Below are positions 21,230 to 34,345 of a DNA stretch of 64,000 nt, piece by piece. This stretch comes from Zygnema circumcarinatum SAG 698-1b (Eukaryota; Plantae; Zygnematophyceae), in contig CM074808.1 of the NCBI GenBank assembly GCA_037447605.1, positions 4,030,001-4,094,000 on the forward strand, given 5' to 3'. The notes under the pieces are model-generated. The model searched no databases. It saw only the letters and a program-made list of their open reading frames with translations, and was not told where the DNA came from. The translations under genes and the position numbers were made by a program. The first letter of the stretch is position 1. Each line of letters begins with the position of its first letter.

Positions 21230-24200
21230 TCAGAGGTCCTGCCCGGTGACAATCTCCACCATTTTCAGCGCCATGCAGCCGTTCTCGGCAGGCACCTGCG
21301 AGGGAGAGGGAGAGGGAGAGGGAAAGGGAGAGGGAGAGGGAGGGGGAGAGCAGTGAGAGTGGCTCCCTACAATGATCGCGGGCATGCAGGGAGGGAAAGG
21401 GCGCTCCGACTGACCATGTGTCCCGCGTTCATGATCCAGAAGAAGGTGAGGTGGCGGTGCCGCTTCATGAAGCCGCCCGTCGTCACCTCTCCGGGGCAGT
21501 AGAGAGGTGTGCGCGGGGCCTTGAAAAACTCGTGCATTCCCTCCCACCTGTCAACCACCGCCGGACCTCAAACAGTGTTCCGTACGACTGCAGTTTCAGG
21601 CTCAAGTGCGCGTTCTCTTGTCCTACTTTTTTGTCAAGACTCAGTCTCGTTTCAGCATCTCATCTGCTTTAATCATGGGGTGGGTGGCTGCGACTAGCTC
21701 CTTCTGCCTCTCTACCGACCATGGCAAACATGAGGTAGAGAGCACTCCCTTCAACTCACGTGAGTCGTTGCATCCAGTTGAGTGTCCCGTCCGTGCAGCA
21801 GATGAGGTCTAACTGAAACCTCCCCGTCACATGGCGTCAAGCATCATCAGCCAAAACTGTCCGCTTTCTTCCTCCATCTGCCGCTGAACAGCACAAGGTG
21901 CGTAAGTAATGACATGCACTCGCAGCTTTACAAAGGGAAGGAGCGGCTGCTACCTGCCCACTGAAAATGGTGACATTCACGCCTAGTTCGAGCATTCTGT
22001 CAACCTGCAACTCCCAGGGGAGATAAAAGGAAAAAAAGTGAGTTTAGAGGAGGGGTTGGAAATAGAGGAATGGCATGGCAGCTTACACGCAAGCACGGCA
22101 TTTGAGAACGAGACAATGAACAATCGAACTTTCGTTGGTACAACGGCAATGGACCCAGCAGACTACAGATTATGCTTCCGCGACGGGCTGCTGACTTGAA
22201 CAAGGTTGAGTTGGAATCTCGTGTCATGAAGTGCAAGGGAAGAGCCAATCACCAGCTTTACAGTGGGCTTCATAAAGTCACCGTAAAGTCCCATGAAAAC
22301 GTCGCCACTGCTCATACCCCAGCTGCACACACGAGAGAGAGAGGGAGAGAGAAAGAACGAGAGAGAGAGAGAGAGAGGGAGAGAGCGCTGCTCTTGCAGT
22401 CAGAGCGTCGTCATGTCCACTTCACTTCATCATATGAAAAGACTTTGGAAAGAACAACATCACTCCCTCCCTTGCCGACTGTCAAACGTGTTCCGCTGAA
22501 ATCAACAAAACATAACAACGCATCTCCAGGGACAAAAAAACAACGAGAAAAAGCACCTGACATTGGCGGGAACAATCCCCAGCTTCTCCCTGATTGGTCC
22601 ATTCATGACCGCCGTGAGGGTGCTACCATGCAGGCGTGCCACGTGTCGCCTTGCCAGCCTCCCCGCGGCCGCCCGGTGGCCCTCCAAGTGGGGGACCTCC
22701 CACCCCCCCCCGCGGCCGAACTCAGCCCTCAACTGCGAGTCATAGGCAGATGAACTTCCCACATCGTCCACATTGTGTCGCAGCACGTTGTAGAAATCCT
22801 GACACCATAAAAGCAAGCGCATAAAAATCACATAAAAATCACATATCTCGACCACATTGAGTAAGCAACCAAGCAGATTCGTTTCGTTTGTTTTCGCAGT
22901 TTTTCTCTGAAGGAGAGAGGCACAAAATCCGCATCTGTAGGGCTAGGGTCCGTTACCACGTGGTCTGTCAAGAGGTCAATGGCCTCCTCCTGCTCAGCCC
23001 ATAAAGTCGCTGCATCTGCCCATCGCCCGTCGTTGATGGCATCCATGGCTGCTTCAGCATAGCTGACACTCGTCAACATACCAAAAAAAAAAAAACAGTA
23101 AGAGCCTACAAGATTCGTATGCCTCACTTGATAATGGGTTTTTTCTTCATATGAAATGGAATCAGGTTGACACCTGTCGGAGGAGTGTGCACAATCTATG
23201 GGTGGTGAGAAGAAGTGATGGTGAGATTCAAAGCACCTGGTCACTTTCTGCTCTCCATAGTCATCAAGCAGGGCCAGTGTTCGAAGTTGAGGGCCCCAAA
23301 CTTTCTGATCCCCATAAAACCACGAGTGGACGTTTCAGAAGGGAACTCGTGATAGCTACGAGAGGTAAGGGAGACACTCAAAAAAAAAGGAGGTCAATAC
23401 AGCTATGGCCGAAGAAGAGATAGTGATTTTTCATCAAAGCAGCATGAGATAAGGGCGAAGCGAATGTAGGCACCAAAAAGTCAATAGGAGAGATCCAACT
23501 ATCACCCATTGCCACACCTGCAGCGTCCCAAATCAGACCCTTAACTGTTAGCAATAGCAGGAAAGGAATCGTTTAAAAGAGAGGTAACGTCATGTTCCAT
23601 CGCTAAACTGGCTCCGCCGCCACAACCTGAACTTAGGTAAATATAGAAAGCTAAGGGATTCTGTTTGCAGAGTCAAGGCAGAAAGCCTTACGGGAAGGTC
23701 CTTTTCAACTTGTCCAAAAGCTAGTGTTTGTAACCATCACATTCTTTACTTACATTCTTACATTCTTTACTTAGTGCTGAAATGTTGTCGCTACCATTCT
23801 CCACACCAGCATAGGAGCAATTGCAAAGGTAGACACTGACCTCGAAAATCGACTGATAAAGTGCCGCTAGAATGGGCTTCATGAATTGCAACAGCTAGTT
23901 CACTCGTATACTTTCCACCGTACGATTCACAAAACACGTAAAAAGGCGTCTTAGCCAAAGCAGGACGGTTTGAGAAGAAGGTTTGGAGGAAGGTGATGAG
24001 ATCAGCAATGATCTCCGCATTGTTGGTGGTCAGGAGCTCTAAATCGTCCACATAGCTGAAACCTGCAGGACGATAAACAAAAACCACATCTTTTCCACTG
24101 AATTGAACATCGCACATAAAAAGCTTCGTATCTATACAACGCGGAAAAGAGAGCTATTGCAGCCCGGCTACTCATCCCGGATGCTCCTGCTTGAAGGGGA

Positions 24201-25830
24201 GGGAAATCTGCACCTGTCCCAACTGGGTTATCCTGCAAGAGAATAGAGCAGGAAAAAACAGCTCAATAAGATAGACGAAAGACCAACAATGTCCAAGGTT
24301 AACCATGGTTCGAGAGTTGCATAGGGATAAACTGATCGCAAGACAAATGGAGACTAACCACGAACAGCAAGTGCGCTCGCTTCAACCACGTATATTCCCG
24401 AGGGAGCAAGTCGACAGTCTGCACACGCAAACAGCCCGAACCTGCGGTGACTTGAAGTAGACATCCACCAGAAGATTCCCTCATCGCACCAAAGTCAAAG
24501 TTCACCCTGAAGTCGACCAATCAAGCGGAGGGGCTAAGGAGGCACACCAGTGGCCCCAACTCTTCAAAGTTGCCATAGCCCACTCCTGATGCGCCCTGCA
24601 CAAGCGAGCAGATTGCTCATCTCCGGTGAGAAGGGTCCTGCTGCTATGCCTTCGGTGCCCTCCAAACACAGCTATAAGTCTGCCGTGAGGGTAAGTTTCC
24701 TAAGAGATTTGGCCGACCATGCAGTACGCAAGGTCCCCTCCTCTCAAAGAGACCTATATTTCACAGGATACATATTGAATATGGCCTTCCTCCAGGGTAT
24801 AGAAACTAACAGGTCCTCCTTGCAACCACATGATGAGAGGGCGTGTTCCTTCCGCTGAGTCAATAGAAAGGCCTTGGGGAGCCGATGCTCCGCTATAGTA
24901 CAGCCACCAGAAAAGATGCGCCCCTGATTCCAATCGCCACCCTCACCAACCCATTAAGCTCATTGCTCCAATCTACTAAAATAGACCCCTCATGTTCCGG
25001 ACATTCTATGATAAAAAGACTACGACAAGAAAAGAAATCCTGGGCTCATCCTCCAAAAGGCTGATCGTAGGTTGAGCCTAAGCCAAGGGACAGAGAGAAA
25101 CAGGGTAGATCAATTCTCTATATATATAATAGTAAACGATGGCATGAGCGAAAAAGGAAAACACCAAGCAGGTACCTTAAATTGAATTACGCATTTAGGT
25201 AGGGTCGGGATGATAATTGAGAATCCAGAACAAAAATGAAGCGAAGGATGCTCGCTTTTCTAAAGGACTGAGAGAAGGTTCATGTCTAAATTTCGTGCTA
25301 TTGATACGTTCATGGAATTTATCAAGGAGGGAAACCTTCTAGAATCAGGTGCAAACAAAAAAGTTTGCACCTGATTCAGAAGCAATTTACAGGCACGTAC
25401 AGGCGTCGTTGCTTTCATGCATAAACCTGTAGAGGAAACCATAAATTCACTACGTGCATTTCGTATTTAGCTGGTCCAAGGCAATGCAAGAAGACGATAT
25501 TCATCTAATAGGGATGAAGGAAGGCAAGAAAATAAGAGCATTGTGGAAGCAGTGTCCGCCAACGTTAAGTGAGTATTCGAGCTGAAGATAAGGGGATTTA
25601 AGGGCTCACGAAAGTCAGGCGTGGGAATGGAGCTAGCAGCCGTGAGTTTTAGCTCCAAACAATGCAAAAGAGTATTGAAAGAGGCTGCAAAACGGACCAG
25701 GCCGCACAGTCGTGTAGCCCCATTCCTCGGAGCCGTCATCGTTGCCAGACAATGCATCGCTTGCAGCACGCCATGGCTGCAAAACTGCCAGAAGAAGCAG
25801 CAGCCATAGTCGCAAGGGAGCCATCTCCAA
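21230..25830 (-). CDS. SCPL51: Serine carboxypeptidase S10, SCPL51/SCPEP1-like, secreted
   Basis: Signal peptide MAPLRLWLLLLLAVLQ, DGSEEWGY, WLQGGPGASGVGYGNFEELGPL, CESYGGK (catalytic Ser), GVAMGDSWISP, FFWIMNAGHMVP (catalytic His). Confidence 0.9.
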
Positions 25831-25999
25831 ATACGAGCAGGAAAGAATAATCCTCCTTCCTCACACGCCTCTTTGAATCTGCTCTTGGTCATCCGCTGCG
25901 GCTCTTTCACTTTTTTCAAGCAGCCCGTCGCAGCGCGCTGCTCGAGGAACACTGCGGATCGTTGCGACTGACGCTGAAGTACATTCAGAATACATCGCC

Positions 26000-28251
26000 A
26001 TGGCCGCCAGCCTGCCTGCCTGCATGCAGGCCTGCAATGCAACAAGCAGCAGGCTCGGTCTCGTCGAGGCCTCCATTTTCCCTGCAAGGAGAGACTGCTT
26101 CCGTCCTTTGCACAATGTAGCCTCGTGCAGTATTTCTCAAGCTCAGCAGAATCTGATGGCGTGCCCTTCCGCAGCAGTAGCATCCCGAAAAGGTTCCAGT
26201 AAGAGTCGCCTTTTTGTGGCAGCACAGTCTGTGGGAGGAAGTACTGATGATTCCGAGTTGCAAGCGTTAATTTTCGACTGTGACGGCGTCCTCGTAGACA
26301 CAGAGAGGGATGGCCATCGCATATCTTTCAACCAGGCATTTCAAGAGGTTTGCACACTCTTCAGCTTTCCGTAGCAACTGTGATGCAGCTGCTCTGAAAT
26401 GCAGCAGAACCGGGCCATTTTCAATGGTTGAATGTTTGTAGGATGGCTTGTTTGGAAATATTTCTACTTTTTATTCTGGCATATACTCGCCACGCTGACT
26501 CGAAAACGGTTTCCTTTTCGTGCTGATGGGTCAGAAAGGTCTGGACACTGTCTGGGATGTCGACCTTTATGGGGAATTGTTGAAAATTGGGGGAGGCAAG
26601 GAAAGGTGACTTTCTGTACCCCGCTCACTGAAAGGATATGCTCAATAATGCTAAAAGGTCGGTGGGCTGTCGGGCACTCTATTCACAACGTAACTGGTCT
26701 AGTGACAGAGGGTTCTTTTTTTTCCTTTTTTAATGGGTACTCTCTTGCTGAATAGATGGTCCATTGTATGTCAGGTGGCAATGCTGCCTGAAAATTTGTG
26801 GTTTTTCTAAATCATATCACAATATTCTGAGTAACATAGCGGATGCCTTCCCTTTGAACGAGTAAAGTCTTGTTGTTTTAATATGAGCATATGCTGTTTT
26901 GATAAGTACCGAGCCTTCGTAAACTGTTCACAATCGGCAATGTATCAGGAGTTGTTTCTTGTGAGGTTGGAAATGGAGGTCGCAGAATGACACATTATTT
27001 CAACAAGATTGGATGGCCAGACTCGGCCCCTGTTGATGGCGAAGAGCGCCGAGCTTTCATAGCGGAGCTGCATCGCCGCAAGACGGCCCTCTTCATGGAC
27101 CTGGTCGAGACAGGCGCCCTTCCCCTGCGCCCAGGAGTAGCGAGGTACACTCTTCTCCTAGGAAACTATACACTTGAGTTGCTTTAGAAAGTAAGCGGGT
27201 GTCCAGACGTTCGAGCATTCAATTCATTCATTAATAAGACCAAGGTTTGTTGACAGTGTTATTATGAGAGGGTAAGAACTGGTAGTCAAGCTCGGCGCTG
27301 AATTGACCTGGCGCTAGGCTATTCTTTTCCAAACTCTTTTCCATTCTTCCTAGAACGTTCCGCCTTGAGGGAGTTCCCCTTGAGTTGGTACAGAATAGGA
27401 CACCTGTTTTGTGAGCTTCTTTTCGCTAGCAGTATCATGCAATAGCGACGTGAAGCGATGTCGAAGCATATTGGTAGAAGTGGTCCCTCTCTACCTGCAT
27501 GTCTTCTAATCCCTGAATCTCGTGCTGGCGCAGACTTGTCGACGAAGCCCTGTCAATGGGCTTGAAGGTGGCTGTCTGCAGCACGTCAAATGAGAAGGCG
27601 GTATCTGCCATTGTGCGGGTGATGCTTGGGCCTGAGCGTGCTGCAGCCATGTCCATCTTTGCGGGTGATGTTGTGCCCAAGAAAAAGCCGGACCCTGTAA
27701 GTTCATAACAATTCTTTGCACCTAACTTTGCAGTCACTGCAATCTTGCATCTGCTCCTTTGGTCGTTGACCTTCCATCGTTTGCCAACAGTCAACTGTAT
27801 GTGTTTTTTGTTGTTTACAGGCCATTTACACGCTTGCTAGCACCACTCTTGCAGTTGACCCAGCCAGGTGCGCCCTCATCTCGGAGCCTGTGTCCGCCAC
27901 TTTTAATACAAAGCCAACAAAGCCACTCAAAGCGGAGTCGATTTGAGCAGAGGTAGAAGGAGGCTTTCTCCTAACTCGTCTTTCCTTTGCCATGCATACC
28001 AACGTCTGTCTCCTTCGACTTTTCTCCCCTGCAGGTGCGTGGTGGTGGAGGACTCCCACATCGGGCTGACTGCCGCCAAGGCGGCGGGCATGGCCTGCGT
28101 GGTGACCAAGAGCGGGTACACCGCGGAGGAGGACTTCGCCGCGGCAGACGCCGTCTACGAGAGCATTGGAGCCACCGCGGAGGAGGGCTTCGACCTCGCC
28201 GCCCTCTCCAAACTGGCAGCCGCCCGCCGCTCCCTTGCAGCAGCAGCATGA
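26000..28251 (+). CDS. CBBY: CbbY-like HAD sugar-phosphate phosphatase with plastid transit peptide
   Basis: ALIFDCDGVLVDTERDGHRISFN, AVCSTSNEKAV, GDVVPKKKPDPAIY, CVVVEDSHIGLTAAKAAGM; ~80-aa Ser/Ala/Arg-rich N-terminal extension. Confidence 0.92.
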
Positions 28252-28597
28252 GGGCCCCCCCTCCCTCTGCTCTCTCAGTGCCCCATATCTGCTGCCCAAC
28301 AGTAGTTAGACTCCTACAATCATTTGTAACTTCCTAGACTCGTTACAGAAGTAGATAAAAGCAAAGGAAGGAGAAGAAGTAGAAGGAGAAGTAAGAAGTA
28401 GACCAAAAAGGAAGCCTATTCCATACCAATTTTACACCCTGGTCATTGTTCTTGGTGTGATGTCCACAACATGTGAAGCAGCTCAGCATGCCCCCTTGCT
28501 CAAAGGCCGCCCATCCGCCTCATGCCCAACACTGCACACGCCCTCCTCCGTCCCTCCATTCTCCATTCTCCAAATAAAAAAAGGAACGAAGCCAAGA

Positions 28598-28766
28598 CCA
28601 ACGGGGCGCCGCTTCTCTGTTACAGTTCCAGTTTCAGTTTTCATTTCGTCGCAGTTCCGGGCCGTGCGCCCCAACGGCTCTCCCGGAGTTCCGGCGGAGG
28701 CGTCACGTGGCCGCACGCTCCAACGGGCCGCACGCGGCGCCGTTTTGGCGCGAAACGCTTTCGCGC
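28598..28766. promoter_or_regulatory. Cell-cycle-type promoter: 3 CCAACGG (MSA-like) + 3 E2F-like sites + G-box
   Basis: CCAACGG at 28598, 28671 and 28720; TTTGGCGC 28744, GCGCGAAA 28748, TTTCGCGC 28759; CACGTGGC 28704. Confidence 0.6.
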
Positions 28767-28991
28767 GTACTTCCGCCTCCTCTCCCTCGGTGGGTGGGGA
28801 GGGGGAGGGAGAGCGGGAGACGGGGAGAGAGAGGGAGGGAGGGAGAAGGAGAGAGCAAGGGGAGAGAAAGCAAGAGGAGAGAGAGCAAGAGGAGAGAGAG
28901 CAAACAGGCTGGAGAATGCTCCTTGACGAGGCTGCTGCTATGGGTTAGGCATCGGGTTGGGGATAAGATTAGGGTTAGGGCTAGTGCAGCT

Positions 28992-31426
28992 ATGGATGTC
29001 GTACGAGGTAGAAGGGCGAGGACAGGGGGCAGCAAGCGTGGCGTGGCAGAGCAGGGAGAAGGGTGCAGGGAGGAAGAAGGGCTTCCTGCGTCGCCTCCTT
29101 TCAAAATGCCGCGCACTGCAACTGAGAGGAGGGGGTCTGGGGGGCACCCGTTGCCGACAACTCGGAGGAAGCGGAGGCGGATGACGGAGAGCGCTGCTGA
29201 TCCTCACTCGCCTGCAGTTCCTGCTTCGCCAAACAGCGTCAGTCCGGCAACTCGAGTGAGTTCGTTTTGCTCCGTGACATTCCTTCTCTTATTTTTCGTT
29301 TTTTCCCCCTACTTCCTCCTTCCCGTTTCATAGTACGTGTGATTGTTTTCTCATAGAAATTATAAGAAAGAAGGAGACATGAGTTCACAATCCGAAATGG
29401 AGTCCAGTTGTTCATGGTCAACAGTGCATGTATGGCAGTGCTGTATTGCCATACATTGCTGGAGTTGAGAGCAGTCTGTTGAACATCCGTCTGGAATTTC
29501 CTTGCTGAGTGGCAGGCCATGCAGCCTAGCACACCTGCTGAAGGAGGTCGTTCTCGTCGGAACAGTGTTGTGAGGTACACTCGAACCCCTCACTGCATGC
29601 GAAGCGGGGCCGTAGAAGGATAGGCTGGCGGCCATCATCGAGGATATCTATTCGGATGGTAGAGATATATAGACTTAGTGCTAGTTTCACTACATTTCCC
29701 TGTTGAAGAATGTCTTCCATGTGATTGCGCTATCTGTCTACTCTTGGCAATCAATTTTTCATTGAGTTTTCCTGTGCCTCTGCAGATCTCTCGGCTTAGG
29801 AGATGCCTTCGCAGAAACATTTTCAGCACAACCTGGGAAGGAGACTACCACCGGCTCAGCAGATGCTTCCGATGAGCTAGAAATCATCCCTGCAGAATCA
29901 CCGCTTGAGCTCAATAGCTGTGTGCCCACAGAATTTAACAGCCCCACTCCATTGAAGCCAGCAACTAACCAGACGGTGCTGCCCTCCTCTTCCTCTGTCC
30001 GGAGCTTGAGCCTTGGAGTGAGGGCTGAAGAACAGCGGAGCTCTGCTGCAACTGGAGTTCCTGATAGACCAATGGCCCTTCGAAGGCTGGCAGTTGAGGC
30101 TAGAAACGACCCCTTTCGAGGAGTGGGAGTGCAGCAGGACGCACTACCACGAGCGAACAGAGGACGGCGAAGAGTGCAGAGATCCCTCTTACTGTTAGAT
30201 GAGGCTGGTGGCACTGGAGAGTTGCATAACAATAGATTGAAGGAGCCAGACGCGCCTCACATATCCCAGAGTGTTCAAGCCATTGATGCTTCAGGATTGC
30301 ATTCAGGTGAAAGGGTAAATGTGACTGCAGCATCTTCTCAACATCCAGATATTAGAGATGGTGCACCTTCTAACGAGATTCTTGTATCTGAAGGTATAGA
30401 TCAGCAAACAGTGGAGGTCAGCAAGCTCACTAGTGGCGCCCACGCAGACGTTCACGTTGATGCTGCTCATAAGAGAGGTCAAGGAACAGATAAACAGAGC
30501 AGTTTGTGGCATGTGAGAGAGGGAGAGGAGCCTCCTCTCGATGGTGACACACTATTGCGAAGCCCTAGCAGGTGTTCTCTCCATCCTTTCTAAAATACAA
30601 CCAATCATCCCCTTCAAATTTCCTTAGCTTTTTACCTCCTTGTTGTTTTCTGATTGCTTGTGTTGAAGTAAACAGATACTGCACTGGCCGATGCGGATTC
30701 ATTTGGAATTCTCAAAAAAAAATTAGTTCACGCTTTTACTTACTTGCAGTATCATGTGTGGTGTTGCAGTCTGGACCTCGACCGTACACGCGAGTACGAG
30801 CTTGACCCCGTCTTTCGCGGAATGCAGTTTATGGGATGTGAGCATCAATACTCGGAGGAGCATTTTGCGAGGTTTCTGCAGCAGGAGGCTCAGAGAGCAG
30901 CCAGCGGGGAAGGCTCTAATGAGGCTAGGCTTTAAGGCCATATTTCTCCAATACTTTCAATACTGTGTTGGCACGGTGATGAGTAAGCGCTTGCAGCAAT
31001 CGGGGTCACAAGCAGAGCCCAGAATTGGGCCTATTGGATAAAACGCGACCCTATGGATGCGGAATAGTGCCATTTAAACTTTACGAAAGAGCATATAGAT
31101 GCGCGATTTTTGTACAGGGAACATCACCTGCAGCAAGGTGAAGCAAAGAATGAAGCAAAGCTGCGGGTCCATGTGCAGATAGGAACAGCAGTAGCAGCCG
31201 GCGAGTACAGTGTGGGGTAAACGAGTTGAGCGAACTTGCGTCCGGACCTTTGTGGCATACAGAATTTGTTCTCTTGCAGGGAACCATCGCTGCTGCAGGA
31301 GGGCGTGGATTTGAAGCCTCTGTTATGGCAGCTGCTCGTCACCACTGCGGGTGCAGGTTACTAATGCAGACAGTGAAGCATTGTACCAGCGGCTCATGCA
31401 TGCGCAGGACCCCTCCGATGTTTTAG
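28992..31426 (+). CDS. Hypothetical, largely disordered nuclear protein (~450-500 aa); 3' exons and stop uncertain
   Basis: Exon 1 MDVVRGRR...TTRRKRRR...SPATR with GTGAGT donor at 29256; long open exon ~29786-30572; further GT-AG-bounded open segments to ~31430. No family recognised. Confidence 0.55.
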
Positions 31427-32554
31427 GGAACTAGCGATTGGTGCAACTGGCTGTGCGCATTCCATTTCTTCTTTTCACTAAATAGTCATTGACGAATCCG
31501 TTAGGAGATGGCATAGGATTCAAATGTGGCATCGTTTGGAGATAAATCTCGAGCGATGCATCAACCTATTGTAACACTCCGCATTTGTTGACATGAATAC
31601 GTTCAAAACTGCAGGGCATGGCTATAGGGCTAAAGTTCTATGCATGTCCAGACAGACACTCCGTAAAAAAACTGCCTTGATTTTTTTTTGTGAACATGTA
31701 GATGTTTTTTCCATCATCAATAGTCAATCAGTCAGTCCTTCGCAAGGAAGTTGGTTAACAATAGGGAAAATACAAGATGGCCCGGAAGCGTCCCATCCCC
31801 CCTCCTTCCCCTCCCCCCCCAACCCCATCTTTCCCAATCTCTCCCTCTTTTCTCCTTCTTCTCTCCTCACTGTACCTTTTACCCGCTGGTCACACCTCGA
31901 CATAACTTATTGCCTTCAGAGAGCATGCCGTGGGACCAACTTCTGAGCCGCACAAACTCTAAGCACCATTCTTCCATCTAAACCCAAAGGCTAAGCTCAC
32001 TGCAAAACTGCTGAAATCACAAAAACCAGAGACCCCATAACGCCTTCATAATATATATATCCAATTCAACCCACCTCAGAAAGTCAATTAAAATGACCTT
32101 CGGAAACAACTGCAGGAAAACAATCATTCAAATGTTCAAATTAACAAAGACAATAAGGCAATTGCGCGATGAAGTTTATTGAGTTTCGCCAATCCCCATA
32201 GACTGTTCACTAGGCTCGATCGGACATGAACTGAAATAGACTGATCAGTGAAAAAACTGAACAGTCGAAGAAGGAGCTGGACTGAATTATACTAAGCACA
32301 AACTGAACTGAAGAGCGACTGACTTGGAGTAAACTGTACAAAATGTACATGAATCGAACACGGAATGATGTACGAATAAAAAATAAAACAAAAAACTGAG
32401 ACGACCTGCCAGGCTCAAAAGAATTTGAAGCAAAGTTGGAATCAACCAAGACCCTTTTCTGCCTCTCCTCCGCTTCTGTCCACAGAGACTCTCCCATTCA
32501 GCCCCCATCCCCACTCCTATACCACCTCATCCTCATCCTCTTTGCTGTTCATCC

Positions 32555-33699
32555 TCATTCTCCCGCCTTCTTCGTTGCCGACTCCGCCATGTCCGTGGCA
32601 TCGATGGCTTTTAAGGCTTCCACCACTTCATTGACAAGTTGTTTCCTCTGTGATCGCACGAAATCGTTCACACCCTCACCCTGTATCCCGACAACCCCGT
32701 AAGCATAATCCTCAACGTCTCAATAGAAATTCCGTTAGAATCATTATGAGAGCTTAACAACCTTTCTTATGTTAAGAACACCATTTAATATAACTAAAAG
32801 CGACTCACTGTGATACAGTCGATATTTCCAAGTAACTTCTCGTAGTCAAAGATAAGCTGCTTTCTCGTATCCGTTCGCAGCAGCTCCTTCTCTGTAAGCT
32901 CCTCCAATTTCCTTTGCAGTAACAGAAACTCGCTTCTTCGAATCATCAACTTCTTGTATGCGAGAAAGCAAGATTCTCCGAGGCTTTTTGCGAATTTGAG
33001 TTTTATCAATTCAAGATCCTCCTTTTCTTTTTGCAATATCTGGCAGTCCTTCTGTTTTTCTACGATAGGTGGTAAGCCTTTAGATTCATTGCACAAAAAT
33101 TCCTGCACACGCATGATTGCAAATTAAAAGGAAATACTATTGAATTGCAATGTTCCAGGGAGAAAGATACAACGAGAGTGGGAGTAAGAGAGAGACAGAC
33201 AGAGAGAGATAGTTATATATATATGTACCAAGAGAGAGAAAAAGATATGTTTCCTCACCTTAGCAGTCCCGTCACGGATTCCCCTTTCCAGATCAGCAAT
33301 TGTTTCCCGAGCTTCCTTGAGGTCTGCCTTTGTTGCCTGCAGCCAAAAATTCCCAGGCACGCTAGATTATTTAGCAGGAGAAACCTAAAAATGTATAATG
33401 ATCAATAAAACTTGAAAATCCAGGAGGGAAAGACAAGGGAAAGATGCAACTAAAAAGAATGCAAGGGCGCCCGGGCAAACCTCGAGCTCAGAGTCACTCT
33501 GATCGCTGTGAAAATAAGCGAAGCAAAAAGCGAAAAGAAAACCGAAAAGCGAAGAAGAAAGAAACAAAGAAAAGAAAAGAAAAATAAAAAAAGCCGAAAA
33601 AAGTGAAGAAAAAAAGCGAAGCGAAAAAAAAGAGAAGAAAGAAAAGAAAGGAAGCGATGACGGCCACTGCGAGGAGTCAGAGCCAGGACGCGGAGCCAT
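32555..33699 (-). CDS. Hypothetical coiled-coil protein (~190 aa, 5 exons)
   Basis: MAPRPGSDSS / DQSDSELE / ATKADLKEARETIADLERGIRDGTAK / EFLCNESK...QRKLEELTEKELL...NIDCIT / GEGVNDFV...KKAGE*. GT-AG junctions are frame-compatible. Confidence 0.6.
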
Positions 33700-33983
33700 T
33701 CCCTAGAGTTAGTAGTTGGGAGAGGAAACGGCGGGAAGGAGTTGAAAGATGATGCGAGTGAAGAGAGTGTAAGGATAGAGAAAGGAGAATGGAAGACAGT
33801 GTCGAGAGGGATATGAGGCGGGGAGACGCGATGGGAGAGGGAAACGAGGGAGAGAGGGCGATAGAGGTGCAGCGCGGCGCTGCGTGTCTGCGTATTTGTA
33901 TTGGCCCTCTCAACGGTCGGTCAGGCCACCAACGGCTCACCGTACGGTACGGCCAGCCGTTGGTAAGGTTCAATACTGTACAT

Positions 33984-34055
33984 GGGCAGCCAAAAGTTTC
34001 ATTCGGGCAGTCAAAGTTCTATTTGGGCAGCCAAAGTTTTTCGGGCAGGAAAGTC
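33984..34055. repeat. 4-copy degenerate ~20-bp tandem repeat (GGGCAGCCAAAGTT...)
   Basis: Units start at 33984, 34005, 34025 and 34043, in a divergent promoter. Confidence 0.75.
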
Positions 34056-34345
34056 AGAGTTGACCTGACTCCCCTTGAGGGACCAGTGCCTCCATTTGAA
34101 AGCGATTCGCGCCATTCTGCGCTGGTCCGTTTCTCGCACTTCCGATACGATACGCCAGTGTGCGATATAATTCGATACGGTAGATACCATGTGATACGAC
34201 GAGAACGATACCCAAGGATAATTCGATACCATACGATACAGTAAGTAGGACCGTAAGGGCTGAGGTTCGTACGGTCGCGGTGGGAGGGAGGGAGGGAAGC
34301 TCTCTTGAGAGGTGCAGGCAGGCAGGCAGGCAGGCGCTCTGTCGC

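Noticed and set aside
22638-22645. G-box GCCACGTG (also at 7921)
   Set aside because: Both fall within coding exons (SCPL51, TilS).
33984-34055. CRISPR-like repeat array
   Set aside because: The units are contiguous, degenerate and lack unique spacers; the context is eukaryotic with no cas genes.
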